DNA of 64,000 bases, taken from Thermoplasmata archaeon. Lineage in GTDB: Archaea; Thermoplasmatota; Thermoplasmata; Lutacidiplasmatales; UBA184. The notes beneath the pieces were generated by a model. It was not told where the DNA came from. It did not search any database and saw nothing but the letters and a program-made list of their open reading frames with translations. Of the stretch, positions 45,876 through 55,255 are shown in pieces. A program made the position numbers and the translations under genes. The stretch covers positions 1,422 to 65,421 of the forward strand of contig JAKIWQ010000005.1 in NCBI GenBank assembly GCA_022749935.1, written 5' to 3'. Every line of letters starts with the position of its first letter. Within the stretch, counting starts at the first letter, position 1.

Positions 45876-46188
45876 GGTTGAATTCTCGCCGCCCGCCGAC
45901 TACAGGTCTACGTCGCGGGGGGCTCCTTTTACGCTATTAGTAAGTCAGGCCTCATATAAAAAGACAACCGACTTCGAAACCCCTGGACATCTGTCGGCTC
46001 CTCGGAACGAGGGTCTCCGGCCGAGAGGGGGCGGCCCAAGGAGGAGACGTCGCGTTCACCGCCGATGCACCAGAGATTCGATACGAGCGTGGAGATGGCT
46101 CCCCTCTACAGACTGGGTATGTGCCGGAATGGGCCGGGCCCGCGGGGCGTTCCCTCGGTCTTTTCTTTTCGTCCGAGCGTAGGGGGCG

Positions 46189-46947
46189 GTGGTCTTGGCC
46201 GCTCCTGGGGTTCCTCGACTCGTCCTGTTCGATCTCGACGACACGCTCTTCGACCACTCCCTCACTTCTCGGGCGGCGCTGAACGAGGTGCGTGAGGGGG
46301 AATCCCGGCTCCAGACACGGGAGCTCGACGAACTCTGGCGGGAGTACCTCCGCCTCCTCAATGAGGATTCCACCGGCATGCCGTCCACGCCCGAGCTTTA
46401 CCAGGTGCGGCGAGCGGAACGATTTCGACGTTTGGGGGTGATGTGCGGTTGGTCGATGGACGTGGCCGAGGCCAACGAGCTCTCCGCGTCGGCGCGTCGT
46501 AACTATCAGCGACTCCGCCGTCCGGTCCCCGGGGCCCCCGAGTTCGTCCGGCGCGTGGCGGCCCGGACGAAAGTGGGAATCGTCACGAACAACGAACTCC
46601 GCGAGCAGGAGGAGAAACTCGACTTCCTGGGTCTCACGGAGAGTGTGGAGGTGCTCGTGGTTTCGGCCGACGTAAAGGTGGCGAAGCCCGACCCCCGGAT
46701 TTTCAAGGTCGCCCTGGATCGGGCTTCGGTGCCTCGCGAGGAGGCCGTGATGATCGGAGACTCGTGGATGAACGACGTGCTGGGAGCGCGGGCGGCGGGG
46801 ATTCGGCCGGTATGGTTCAATCGTTTCGGATTGCGTCCGCCGACCCGTCACCGCGTCGTAGAGTTGGGAGCTTTCCGCCCGCTTTCCCACGCAGATGCGA
46901 TTGTTAACGGCTCCCACCGACCGAGAACGACCGTGCCGCGCGAATAG
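46189..46947 (+). CDS. HAD-superfamily hydrolase
   Basis: VLFDLDDTLFDH motif I and IGDSWMNDVLGA motif IV. Confidence 0.75.
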   Translation: MVLAAPGVPRLVLFDLDDTLFDHSLTSRAALNEVREGESRLQTRELDELWREYLRLLNEDSTGMPSTPELYQVRRAERFRRLGVMCGWSMDVAEANELSASARRNYQRLRRPVPGAPEFVRRVAARTKVGIVTNNELREQEEKLDFLGLTESVEVLVVSADVKVAKPDPRIFKVALDRASVPREEAVMIGDSWMNDVLGARAAGIRPVWFNRFGLRPPTRHRVVELGAFRPLSHADAIVNGSHRPRTTVPRE

Positions 46948-47001
46948 ACGGCGGGTCGTCGGCATCGCGCGCATTATAACGGATGGTCTGGTTGGCGGGC
47001 G

Positions 47002-48198
47002 ATGCCCGGTCGACTCGAACCCTGGGCCCCCGCGGCCCGCCGAGTGCTCCCGGCCATGCGGGCGTGGCGGATGGGGTTCCACCAGGAGCCGGAACTCTCA
47101 TTGCACGAGGAACGGACACGTGAGAAAGTGGTCCGGGCCCTGACGGAGCTCAACATACCGTTCACCACGTTCGGAGACTTTCCCGGAGTGGTCGGCCTCG
47201 TGGGCGGAGATCGTCCCGGTCCGGTCGTTGCGCTTCGCGCCGACATGGACGCGCTTCCCATCACGGAACAGACCGGACTTCCGTTCGCTTCGAAATATCC
47301 GGGGCGGATGCATGCGTGCGGTCACGACATGCACATGGCCTGCCTTCTCGGGGCCGGCGCCATCCTCTCTCGGAGCCCCCGACCGTTGGCCGGTCCGGTC
47401 AAGCTCCTCTTCCAGCCGGCGGAGGAGGAGGGGAACCAGGGGGGCGCGTTGCCGATGATCGAGCGAGGGTGTCTCGAGCATCCGAAGGTCGATTACATCG
47501 TGGGGCAACACGTCGAACCCAGCGTTCCGCTCGGGCGCGTCGCGTGGGGAGTCGGACCCTTCATGGCCGCGGCGGATTTCTTCCGTCTCACCGTCCGGGG
47601 CCGGGGAGGACACGCCTCCACCCCGCACCAGGGCCCCGACGCGATCGTGGTCGCGAGCGAGATCGTGGTCGGGCTGCAGACCCTCGTCAGTCGTATCCGC
47701 GACCCGCTCGATCCCGTCGTGGTCAGCGTCGGGTCCGTCCACGGCGGGACTCGGAACAACATCCTCCCCGACGAGGTCGTGCTGGAAGGAACCGTTCGGA
47801 CGCTCAACCCTACCACGCGCGTGACCATGGAGGCCGCCCTGCGTCGTCGCGTCCGTGCGATCGCGGCGAGCGTCGGAGCCCGCGTCCGGGTGGAGTATCG
47901 CCACGGGTATCCCGCGCTGGTCAACCACCCGGGGGCCACCCGCACCGTCGCGGCGGCGCTCGGGATGGAATTCGGGAGGGATCACGCCGTCGAAGTGGAC
48001 GGTCCGATCATGGGTGCGGAGGACTTTTCCCGGTACCTCGAGCGCGTGCCCGGCACCTTCCTGCGGCTTGGTGTCGGGATCTCCGGGCGACCGGCGAGCC
48101 TCCACTCGGCCACCTTCGCGCCCGATGAACGGGCTCTGGTGGTAGGGGCCGCGACGCTGGCGGCGGCGGCCGAGGGTCTCCAGGCAGGCGCACGGTGA
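47002..48198 (+). CDS. M20D-family amidohydrolase (N-acyl-amino-acid amidohydrolase type)
   Basis: FHQEPELS, MHACGHDMH and FQPAEEEG metal-binding motifs. Confidence 0.85.
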   Translation: MPGRLEPWAPAARRVLPAMRAWRMGFHQEPELSLHEERTREKVVRALTELNIPFTTFGDFPGVVGLVGGDRPGPVVALRADMDALPITEQTGLPFASKYPGRMHACGHDMHMACLLGAGAILSRSPRPLAGPVKLLFQPAEEEGNQGGALPMIERGCLEHPKVDYIVGQHVEPSVPLGRVAWGVGPFMAAADFFRLTVRGRGGHASTPHQGPDAIVVASEIVVGLQTLVSRIRDPLDPVVVSVGSVHGGTRNNILPDEVVLEGTVRTLNPTTRVTMEAALRRRVRAIAASVGARVRVEYRHGYPALVNHPGATRTVAAALGMEFGRDHAVEVDGPIMGAEDFSRYLERVPGTFLRLGVGISGRPASLHSATFAPDERALVVGAATLAAAAEGLQAGAR

Positions 48199-49562
48199 GC
48201 CTCGACGATCGCCGGGCGGATTTCCCGGCCCTCCGAGAGCGTCCCAACGCCCGCGGACCGGTCTACCTCGATTCCGCTTGCATGTCGCTCGTCCCGCAAT
48301 CGGTCCTCGACGCGATGGTCGAGTACTATCAGGACTTCCCAGGATGCGGGGGCCGGAGCCTCCATCGCTTCGCGGAAGAAGTGGGCCGTCGCTACGAGGC
48401 CACGCGGGCTGGGTTCGCCCGTCGGCTCGGGCGGGCCGACCCTCGAAACATCGTGTTCCTGCGGAACTCAACGGAGGCGATCAACCTCGTGGCCCAGGGC
48501 CTCGATTGGAAACCGGGGGAACGCGTCCTGATCTCGGACCGCGAACACAACTCCAACCTCGTCGTGTGGCAGCGCCTTGTGGCCGAGCGGGGGATCCGGA
48601 TCGAGGTACTGCCCCTGGCCGACAACGGGACGTTCGACCCCGAAGCGCTCGAGCAACGCCTCGCCCGGGGAATCCGCTTGGTGAGCTTGTTCCAGACGTC
48701 GAACCTGGACGGACAGTCGCTGCCGATCCAGGAGATCACCGAGAGGGCGCACGACCACGGCGCGCTGGTCCTCTTCGACGGGTGCCAGGCGGCCCCGCAT
48801 GAGCCCATCGATCTGGACCGGCTCGGGGTCGACTTCTACGCGGTCTCTGGCCACAAGATGCTCGGACCGACCGGCACGGGGATCCTTGCGGCCGCGCCCG
48901 GCCCGCTGGCCACGTTGCGTCCCCTGGTCCTGGGTGGGGAGACCGTCGAATGGAGCACGCTCACCGACCACGAACTTCGACCGCCCCCCTACCGGTTCGA
49001 GGCGGGCTTACAGAACTATGCGGGGATCGTCGGCGCCGGGGCCGCTCTCGAGTACCTCGCCCGGCTCGACGCCACGGAGATGCGGTCGCGGGAAGTCTCC
49101 CTCAACCGCCAGGTCACCGGAGCCCTCGAGGACGAACCTCGGGTCCGTTTCCTCGGACCTGCGGCTCCCGAAAAACGACCGAGCATCGTGGCCTTCACCC
49201 TCGAGGGGGTCGACCCGCACGACGCCGCCCTCTTCTTGGACGAGGGATACGGCGTGATGGTCCGGTCCGGTCGACACTGCGTGCATTCCTGGTACGCCGA
49301 ACGTGGGATCCCCGGAAACGTCCGCGCGTCCTTCTACCTCTACAATCGGAGTTCGGACGCGGACGCCCTCATCGCGGGCGTGCGAGAGCTGCTCGAGCGG
49401 GTGCCGTCTAGCGGTACATCGGCTGGGACGACGGGGTCGGCCCCTCGGCCCGCGTCCGGTCGGCGGCGTGGCGCTGGATCGAGAGCAACTGCTGCTCGAT
49501 CCGCTCGGCCTCGGCATAGAGTGGCACGGGGTCGAGCGAGGTATGCAAGAGGATCCGGTTGA
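48195..49562 (+). CDS. class V aminotransferase / cysteine desulfurase (SufS/CsdA-like)
   Basis: PLP-lysine motif SGHKMLGPTGTG. Its GTG overlaps the upstream stop as GTGA. The last ~50 aa are an R/G/A-rich tail overlapping the convergent gene. Confidence 0.85.
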   Translation: MSLDDRRADFPALRERPNARGPVYLDSACMSLVPQSVLDAMVEYYQDFPGCGGRSLHRFAEEVGRRYEATRAGFARRLGRADPRNIVFLRNSTEAINLVAQGLDWKPGERVLISDREHNSNLVVWQRLVAERGIRIEVLPLADNGTFDPEALEQRLARGIRLVSLFQTSNLDGQSLPIQEITERAHDHGALVLFDGCQAAPHEPIDLDRLGVDFYAVSGHKMLGPTGTGILAAAPGPLATLRPLVLGGETVEWSTLTDHELRPPPYRFEAGLQNYAGIVGAGAALEYLARLDATEMRSREVSLNRQVTGALEDEPRVRFLGPAAPEKRPSIVAFTLEGVDPHDAALFLDEGYGVMVRSGRHCVHSWYAERGIPGNVRASFYLYNRSSDADALIAGVRELLERVPSSGTSAGTTGSAPRPASGRRRGAGSRATAARSARPRHRVARGRARYARGSG

Positions 49563-50220
49563 TCGTCTCGAGGACCTTGGCCGCCGCGCGAGCATCGGGG
49601 TAGTCCGGTTGGGCCTCGGCCAGGAACGTGAGCACGTCGAAGCCGCGCCGTCGGCCCTCGTTCAGTAGTACGCCGGCGATCCCTGTGATTACGCCTTCGG
49701 CAAAGGGGATCGTGTTCGGTTCGATGTAGAGCTCCCGGGCTTTGCGCGTGCTCGCGACGCCGTACACCTTCACGTCGTTGAGGCGGGGACCCTTTCCCTT
49801 GCCACGAAGCGGGTCGGCCTCGACCACGAGCCCCTCCGGCGACACGAGCAGGGAACACCGTTGTTCCTGGACCCAGTCCATGATGGCGTTCGCGAGGGGG
49901 TGGATGATCGCGGGCGAGGGATGGAATTCAGAGACGAACGCGACGAGCTTGTCGGCCCCGCGCCCGGCCCGGTCGGCCGGGGGTTTCCCTGCATAGACAC
50001 GGACCGGGTGTTGCGGGTTTCCGTCGCGCACGAGCGAGACCGTGGGAAACGCCGGCGACTCGACGATCCCGATCTGTTCCATCTCGAGCGTGTCGATGAG
50101 GTAGTTCGCGACGATGGAGCTGACCAGCCCGACCGAGGGAAACCCGTCGATGACGAGCGCGCCCTCGACGTCCACCCGTTTGATCTCGTAGATCCGGACC
50201 TCGTCCGGGGCCATCCGCAT
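49408..50220 (-). CDS. PAC2-family proteasome assembly chaperone
   Basis: LVIDGFPSVGLVSSIVANYLID N-terminal pattern typical of archaeal PAC2/PbaA-B proteins. The start is set at M137 of the 50628 ORF. Confidence 0.7.
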   Translation of the reverse strand: MRMAPDEVRIYEIKRVDVEGALVIDGFPSVGLVSSIVANYLIDTLEMEQIGIVESPAFPTVSLVRDGNPQHPVRVYAGKPPADRAGRGADKLVAFVSEFHPSPAIIHPLANAIMDWVQEQRCSLLVSPEGLVVEADPLRGKGKGPRLNDVKVYGVASTRKARELYIEPNTIPFAEGVITGIAGVLLNEGRRRGFDVLTFLAEAQPDYPDARAAAKVLETINRILLHTSLDPVPLYAEAERIEQQLLSIQRHAADRTRAEGPTPSSQPMYR

Positions 50221-50222
50221 GC

Positions 50223-50579
50223 CTAGAGCGACCTCTCGACGATATGTCCGATCTCTTTCGACAGGAGGTTCACGATGTCCTCGAGGAGGGCGCGGCGTAC
50301 GTCCGGCGGTAGCGACGCGAGCCCGAGCCGAGCCGTGGCGGTCCCCACCCTCACGAGGGCCGCATACTCCGTCGCTCGGGCCTCGAGCAACTGGCGGACG
50401 GAGTCTTTGAGGTCCTGGGCCAATTTGGGGTCCTCGCGCAACGTCTTCTCCAGGTGGCGACGGATCTCCTCCTTGACGATGTCCCGCGTCGCATCGCGGA
50501 CGAGCTCTTCGGGACGGAGGAGGTCCCGAGCGCTCTTCATCAGGATATCGAGCGGCTCTCCGGCCGAGCCATCGGTCAT
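50223..50579 (-). CDS. small helical protein, unknown function
   Basis: A 118-aa protein rich in charged helical sequence. Its stop lies 2 nt before the PAC2 start. Confidence 0.45.
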   Translation of the reverse strand: MTDGSAGEPLDILMKSARDLLRPEELVRDATRDIVKEEIRRHLEKTLREDPKLAQDLKDSVRQLLEARATEYAALVRVGTATARLGLASLPPDVRRALLEDIVNLLSKEIGHIVERSL

Positions 50580-50716
50580 CGGCCATCGATGCCATGTGGC
50601 ACCCATAAGTGTTTGGTCGCGCCCCCATTCCCCTCGGCGAACGGATTCCCTTCGCGTCGGTCCGGAGGCGCGCCGAACCCCCGGTCGGGGACGGAGCCGC
50701 ACCCCCGGGGGGAAGG

Positions 50717-50723
50717 ATTTATC
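50717..50723 (+). promoter_or_regulatory. TATA-like box ATTTATC upstream of tRNA-Ala
   Basis: Centred about 32 nt upstream of the tRNA 5' end, the classic archaeal tRNA promoter spacing. Confidence 0.5.
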
Positions 50724-50751
50724 GTGCGCCGCTCCTCCGAGCGCCCGGCGT

Positions 50752-50855
50752 GGGCCGGTAGATCAGCGGAAGATCGCTACCTTGGCAAGGTAGAGGTCGC
50801 GAGTTCAAAGGGTCCAGGGACGAGCTCTCGGGGCCGGAAACTCTCGCCCGGTCCA
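50752..50855 (+). tRNA. tRNA-Ala (anticodon GGC) interrupted by a ~32-nt T-loop intron
   Basis: Hand-folded cloverleaf:
- Acceptor stem GGGCCGG/CCGGTCC with the G3:U70 alanine identity pair and A73.
- D stem GATC/GATC.
- Anticodon stem CTACC/GGTAG with loop TTGGCAA.
- T stem GCGAG/CTCGC.
The T loop TTCAAA|T is split by 50810-50841. CCA is not encoded. Confidence 0.8.
50810..50841 (+). other. non-canonical tRNA intron at position ~59/60 (T-loop)
   Basis: Removing GGGTCCAGGGACGAGCTCTCGGGGCCGGAAAC restores a 7-nt T loop and a 5-bp T stem. The junction could slide by 1 nt. Confidence 0.65.
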
Positions 50856-50922
50856 CTCTCCCCTCCGGGCCACCCCTCACATCGGCAAGTGTCGAGACAC
50901 GCCACCGACACGAACCGAGGCG

Positions 50923-50930
50923 CTTTATAC
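50923..50930 (+). promoter_or_regulatory. TATA-like box CTTTATAC upstream of HTH regulator gene
   Basis: It lies about 25-30 nt upstream of GTG 50954. Confidence 0.45.
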
Positions 50931-50953
50931 CGACCGTTTCCTCTCGGCCGTTC

Positions 50954-51631
50954 GTGGAGGGCGAGATCCGCGAGAAGATCGCCGGGGAGGTCGTTCTCTC
51001 CCCGCACCCGGGGCGCACCCTGCGCAAGTGGCGGGAGGATTTCGGGGTCTCCCAGCGGGATCTGGCCAAACAACTGACCACGGTGCCGTCCGTCATCTCC
51101 GACTACGAATCGGAGCGGCGGGTGAGCCCGGGGGCGGGATTCATTCGTCGATACGTCGATGGTCTCCTCGCGCTGGATGCGCAGACGGGCAGCAAGGTCG
51201 GGCAGAGGCTGGGGGTCCGATCCCATTCCGACGGGATCCTCGGGCTGCGCGAGTTCGCGGTCGCGATCCCCCTCAAGGCGCTCGCCGACCGGCTCGAGGC
51301 GCGTGCGGTCAGCCGGGTCGACCTGCACCGGGACATCCACGGGTTCACGGTCCTCGACGCACCTCGAGCGATCCTCTCCATCGACGCCTCCCGGTTCGTC
51401 GAGGTCTACGGCTGGACGACGCAGCGAGCCCTCATCTTCGCCAACGTGAAGTACGGTCGCTCCCCGATGGTGGCGATCCGAGCCCATCCCCTCAAGCCCG
51501 CGGCGGTCGTGTTCGCGAACCCCGGCCGGGTGGACGCGCTGGCCGTACGTCTCTCGGAGATCGAGAATATCCCCCTCCTCACGACGTCGCTCGCGGCGCC
51601 GGCGGTGCTCGAACGGCTCGAGGAGCTCTAG
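50954..51631 (+). CDS. XRE-family helix-turn-helix transcriptional regulator with C-terminal domain
   Basis: [34 protein letters not shown] is a Cro/C1-type HTH. It has a C-terminal domain of about 150 aa, as in archaeal COG1395-like regulators. Confidence 0.7.
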   Translation: MEGEIREKIAGEVVLSPHPGRTLRKWREDFGVSQRDLAKQLTTVPSVISDYESERRVSPGAGFIRRYVDGLLALDAQTGSKVGQRLGVRSHSDGILGLREFAVAIPLKALADRLEARAVSRVDLHRDIHGFTVLDAPRAILSIDASRFVEVYGWTTQRALIFANVKYGRSPMVAIRAHPLKPAAVVFANPGRVDALAVRLSEIENIPLLTTSLAAPAVLERLEEL

Positions 51632-51650
51632 GACGGTCACGGAGAGTACG

Positions 51651-52703
51651 ATGGAGGCAGGGATCGTAAGTTACGGTGCGTACGTGCCGAGATACCGGAT
51701 CACACCTACCGAGATCGGTCGGGTCTGGGGGGCCGACGGGGAAGGGATGGGTCTCGCGTTGAACGTGCAACGCAAAAGCGTCCCCGCGCCCGACGAGGAC
51801 ACTATCACCATTTCCACCGAGGCGCTGCGCACCGCTCTCGTTCGAGGCGGCATCGACCCACAGACGATCGGGGCGCTCTACGTCGGCTCCGAGTCCCACC
51901 CGTACGCCGTCAAGCCGACCGCGACCGTGGTCGCCCAGGCCGTCGGTGCGACTCCCAACCTCACGGCCGCCGACTTCGAGTTCGCCTGCAAGGCGGGCAC
52001 CGCCGCGATCCAAACCTGCCTCGGCCTGGTGGGGGCGGACATGATCCGGTACGGAGTCGCGATCGGAACGGACACCTCCCAGGGAGCGCCGGGTGACGCT
52101 CTGGAATACTCCGCGAGCGCCGGCGGCGCGGCGTTCGTGATCGGACGGGAGAAGGTGATCGCTCGCGTGAACCGGACCCTGTCCTACACCACCGACACTC
52201 CGGATTTCTGGCGTCGGGAGGGCCAGCGCTACCCGAGCCACGGGGGACGGTTCACCGGGGAGCCGGCATACTTCCGTCATGTGACGGAATGCGCGCGGCG
52301 GATGTTCGAGGCCGTGGGAACCGCCCCCAAGGACTACGCCCACGTGATCTTCCATCAACCCAACGGCAAGTTCCCGGTCCGGGTCGGCAAGCAGCTCGGA
52401 TTCACGGACGCGCAAATGCGGTACGGCCTCGTGACTCCGTTCATCGGGAATACGTACTCCGGTGCCGCGCTGATCGGCCTCGCGAACGTCCTCGACCACA
52501 CGACGCCAGGAGAACGGATCCTGATGGTCGGATACGGGTCGGGCGCGGGCTCCGATGCGTTCGACCTCGAAGCGACCGAGGAGGTCGCGGTCTACGACCG
52601 TTCGTACGGCCGGACGACCCAAGAGTACCTGGAGGGCGGGGTCGAGATCCCGTACGCCGTCTACGCGAAGTTCCGGGGAAAGATCCAGATGGGAGGGAGC
52701 TGA
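51651..52703 (+). CDS. hydroxymethylglutaryl-CoA synthase (archaeal type)
   Basis: [15 protein letters not shown]-terminus and catalytic Cys context FEFACKAGT, in a 350-aa protein. It is followed by thiolase and DUF35. Confidence 0.9.
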   Translation: MEAGIVSYGAYVPRYRITPTEIGRVWGADGEGMGLALNVQRKSVPAPDEDTITISTEALRTALVRGGIDPQTIGALYVGSESHPYAVKPTATVVAQAVGATPNLTAADFEFACKAGTAAIQTCLGLVGADMIRYGVAIGTDTSQGAPGDALEYSASAGGAAFVIGREKVIARVNRTLSYTTDTPDFWRREGQRYPSHGGRFTGEPAYFRHVTECARRMFEAVGTAPKDYAHVIFHQPNGKFPVRVGKQLGFTDAQMRYGLVTPFIGNTYSGAALIGLANVLDHTTPGERILMVGYGSGAGSDAFDLEATEEVAVYDRSYGRTTQEYLEGGVEIPYAVYAKFRGKIQMGGS

Positions 52704-52705
52704 CG

Positions 52706-53875
52706 GTGCGCGAGGTCGCCGTGCTCGGCGTCGGTCAAACGAAGTTCGGGGAGCTCTGGGACCGTTCGTTCCGCGAGATCGGCATCGAGGCCGGACTCCA
52801 GGCGCTGGTGGATGCGAAGCTCTCGAGCGCCGACCTGGGCGGTCTCTTTCTGGGGAACATGGCGTCCGGCACCCTCCTCGATCAGGAGCACATCGCCCCC
52901 CTCATCCTCGACTACGCCGGCCTCGCCGGCCGACACCTCCCGGCCGTCCGGGTCGAGGGGGGTGGTGCTTCCGGTTCGCTCGCGCTGCACCAGGGGTTCC
53001 TCGCCGTGGCGAGCGGCCTCTACGACTACGTGGTGGTGGGCGGGGCCGAAAAGATGACCGATGTTCCCGACACGACCGCCAATGAGATCATCAGTTCGAC
53101 CGCCGACCACGAGTGGGAAGTCGTGTTCGGCGCCACCCTACCGGCCCTATGGGGGCTCATCGCTCGGCGGCACATGCACGATTTCGGCACGACGCGCGCG
53201 CAGCTCGCCCAGGTGGCGGTCCACATGCACGAGATGGCGTCGAGGAATCCGCTCGCCCACTACCGGAACAAGCTCACTCTCGAACAGGTGATCGGTGCGG
53301 GCGGGGTCGCCGAACCCCTCGGTGTGCTCGACTGCGCCCCGATCTCCGACGGCGCGGCGGCCGTCGTCCTGGGACCGCTGGACGTCGCGGAGAAGCACAC
53401 CGACATCCCGATCCGGATCGCCGCGAGCGAGGTCGCGTGCGACTCGATGGCGGTCCAGCACCGGGCGAGCGTGACCACCCTCGAATCGACCGTGGTCGCG
53501 GCCCGTCGGGCGTTCGAGCGGGCGCGCCGTGCGCCGGCCGACGTGCGGGTCGCGGAGGTCCACGACGCCTACACGATCAGCGCGCTCCTCGCCCTCGAGG
53601 ACCTCGGGTTCGTGGAGAAGGGTCGAGCCGGACCGGAGTTCGAGAGCGGTCGCTTCGGCCCGAAGGGCGCGATGGTCGTCAACCCCTCCGGAGGGCTGAA
53701 AGCCCAGGGTCGTCCCTTCGGGGCGGTCGGAGTGGCCCAGGTCGTCGAGCTCGTGCGCCAACTGCGCGGCCAGGCCAAGGACCGCCAGGTGAGCGGCGCT
53801 ACCCTCGCGCTCGCCCACGATGTCGGCGGGACCGGGGCGACGAGCGCCGTCCATCTCCTGGAGCGGGTCAACTGA
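52706..53875 (+). CDS. acetyl-CoA C-acetyltransferase (thiolase, paralog 2)
   Basis: VAVLGVGQTKFGE with C-terminal NPSGGLKAQGRPFGAVG. GTG lies 3 nt after the HMGCS stop. The start is set inside the 52289 ORF. Confidence 0.9.
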   Translation: MREVAVLGVGQTKFGELWDRSFREIGIEAGLQALVDAKLSSADLGGLFLGNMASGTLLDQEHIAPLILDYAGLAGRHLPAVRVEGGGASGSLALHQGFLAVASGLYDYVVVGGAEKMTDVPDTTANEIISSTADHEWEVVFGATLPALWGLIARRHMHDFGTTRAQLAQVAVHMHEMASRNPLAHYRNKLTLEQVIGAGGVAEPLGVLDCAPISDGAAAVVLGPLDVAEKHTDIPIRIAASEVACDSMAVQHRASVTTLESTVVAARRAFERARRAPADVRVAEVHDAYTISALLALEDLGFVEKGRAGPEFESGRFGPKGAMVVNPSGGLKAQGRPFGAVGVAQVVELVRQLRGQAKDRQVSGATLALAHDVGGTGATSAVHLLERVN

Positions 53876-53887
53876 AGGAGGAAAAAA

Positions 53888-54379
53888 ATGTCGATCGCAC
53901 GATTCTGGCGCGAGACACCCCGGCGCTACAATCTCGGCGGGTCGAAGTGCACGATCTGCGGGACCGTGTACTTCCCGCCGCGGGCCGTCTGTCCCACGTG
54001 TCCGCACCATCGGGAGACGCTGGAGAAGATGGTCCCGTTCCAGTTGGTCGGCGATGGGGAGGTCGTCTCCTACACCGTCGTGCACGACGCCGCGGAAGGG
54101 TTCGAGATGCAGGTCCCCTACGTGATGGCGCTCGTCAAGACGGTCGAGGGACCGGTGCTGACCGGACAGATCGTGGACGTGGAGATCCCCGAGGTCGTGA
54201 TCGGTCTCAAGGTCCGCGCGACGCTCCGGAAGCTCCGGGAAGAGGGCAAGGCCGGAGTGATTCATTACGGTTACAAATTCACCCCCGCGCTCGACTCCGA
54301 CGTGCGGCCCCCCGCCCGGGGACCCGCCGTCCCCGCCGAGTCCGGTGCGCTGCCCGCCTCGGACCGGGCCCCGGCGTGA
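53888..54379 (+). CDS. DUF35 OB-fold/zinc-ribbon protein (paralog 2)
   Basis: CTICG...CPTCPHH rubredoxin-like knuckles followed by an OB-fold. This is the third member of the archaeal HMGCS/thiolase/DUF35 complex. Confidence 0.85.
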   Translation: MSIARFWRETPRRYNLGGSKCTICGTVYFPPRAVCPTCPHHRETLEKMVPFQLVGDGEVVSYTVVHDAAEGFEMQVPYVMALVKTVEGPVLTGQIVDVEIPEVVIGLKVRATLRKLREEGKAGVIHYGYKFTPALDSDVRPPARGPAVPAESGALPASDRAPA

Positions 54380-55167
54380 GCGCTCCGCCCCGCCGGGAGG
54401 GAGCGGTCCGGCCCCCCGGCGACGATCCGCCCGACGAAGGGTTCGCCCGGACCTACGCGGCCGGCTATGAGGAGGGGGTGCGGAGCGCGCTTCGGGAGGT
54501 CCTGGGGCACGCCTCCCGGGGCCACACTACGGCGGAGCTGCGCATGTTGATCGAGAGCCGTCTCGCCCGACTCTCCGAAGAGGTCGAACTCAAGCGACGG
54601 AGCCTCCTCGCACCCCCGCGCCAGCCGGCATGGGCCGCCCTTCTCCGTCCTCCTACCCCGGTACGGCCGTGGGGGGGTCCTTCGGCCACCGAGGCGCCGG
54701 CCCCGCCTCCCGCCCCGCTTCACCTCGGTGCGGGGACCAGCTGCCTCGTGAAAGAGGAGCGGCCGGTGCGAGCGGTGGAGGCCCTTCGGGAGAATGCGAA
54801 GCGGTTCCCGCGGGTCGTCCTCGTCTCGCTGCATCCCCCCGACCTTCCCGAAGTGCCACCGGATCAGCGGATCGTGATCGCGGTCGCCGGAGGAGGGGAG
54901 GGTCCGAACGCCGCTCCGATGGCCCCGGGCGAGATGGGCGGACGCCTTCGAGAGCAGACCCAGGCGCCGGGGGGGGCCCTCATCTATATCGACGCGCTCG
55001 AGTTTCTGGCCACCGAGCACTCGTTCGAACTGACGCTCCGCTTCGTCCATTGGCTCGTCAACCAAGTGGGCGAGAGCGGGTCGGCGCTGCTGGTCTCGTT
55101 CGACCCTCGGGTCCTCGACGTGAAGGACATGAGCCGACTCGAGCGTGCCTTCCAGTCCGTCCTCTAG
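54376..55167 (+). CDS. DUF835 domain protein
   Basis: The C-terminal pattern LIYIDALEFLATEHSFELTLRFVHWLVNQV...LLVSFDPRVL matches my memory of DUF835. Its GTG overlaps the DUF35 stop as GTGA. It is the in-frame tail of the spurious 53113 ORF. Confidence 0.6.
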   Translation: MSAPPRREGAVRPPGDDPPDEGFARTYAAGYEEGVRSALREVLGHASRGHTTAELRMLIESRLARLSEEVELKRRSLLAPPRQPAWAALLRPPTPVRPWGGPSATEAPAPPPAPLHLGAGTSCLVKEERPVRAVEALRENAKRFPRVVLVSLHPPDLPEVPPDQRIVIAVAGGGEGPNAAPMAPGEMGGRLREQTQAPGGALIYIDALEFLATEHSFELTLRFVHWLVNQVGESGSALLVSFDPRVLDVKDMSRLERAFQSVL

Positions 55168-55255
55168 CTCCGGGTCCCCTCCGCTCGCGTCCCGCCTGAG
55201 GACCGATAGGCATAGGACCCTGCACCGCACCGACCGGAGTGGAGGTCCATCGCCC

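Noticed and set aside
43920-45881. A 653-aa plus-strand ORF antisense to dnaK.
   Set aside because: dnaK on the minus strand is unambiguous. This is a shadow ORF.
45952-47082. A 376-aa minus-strand ORF covering the HAD hydrolase region.
   Set aside because: The plus-strand frame has HAD motifs I and IV. The minus-strand product has no recognisable features.
50700-51640. The tRNA gene followed by an HTH gene, considered as a possible integration site of a mobile element.
   Set aside because: There is no integrase, no direct repeat of the tRNA 3' end and no compositional shift. The downstream genes are core mevalonate-pathway genes.
53113-54375. The N-terminal ~420 aa of the 684-aa ORF 53113..55167.
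   Set aside because: This part overlaps thiolase and DUF35 in another frame and is R/G/P-rich. Only the segment after the GTGA-coupled GTG at 54376 looks like a real (DUF835) protein.
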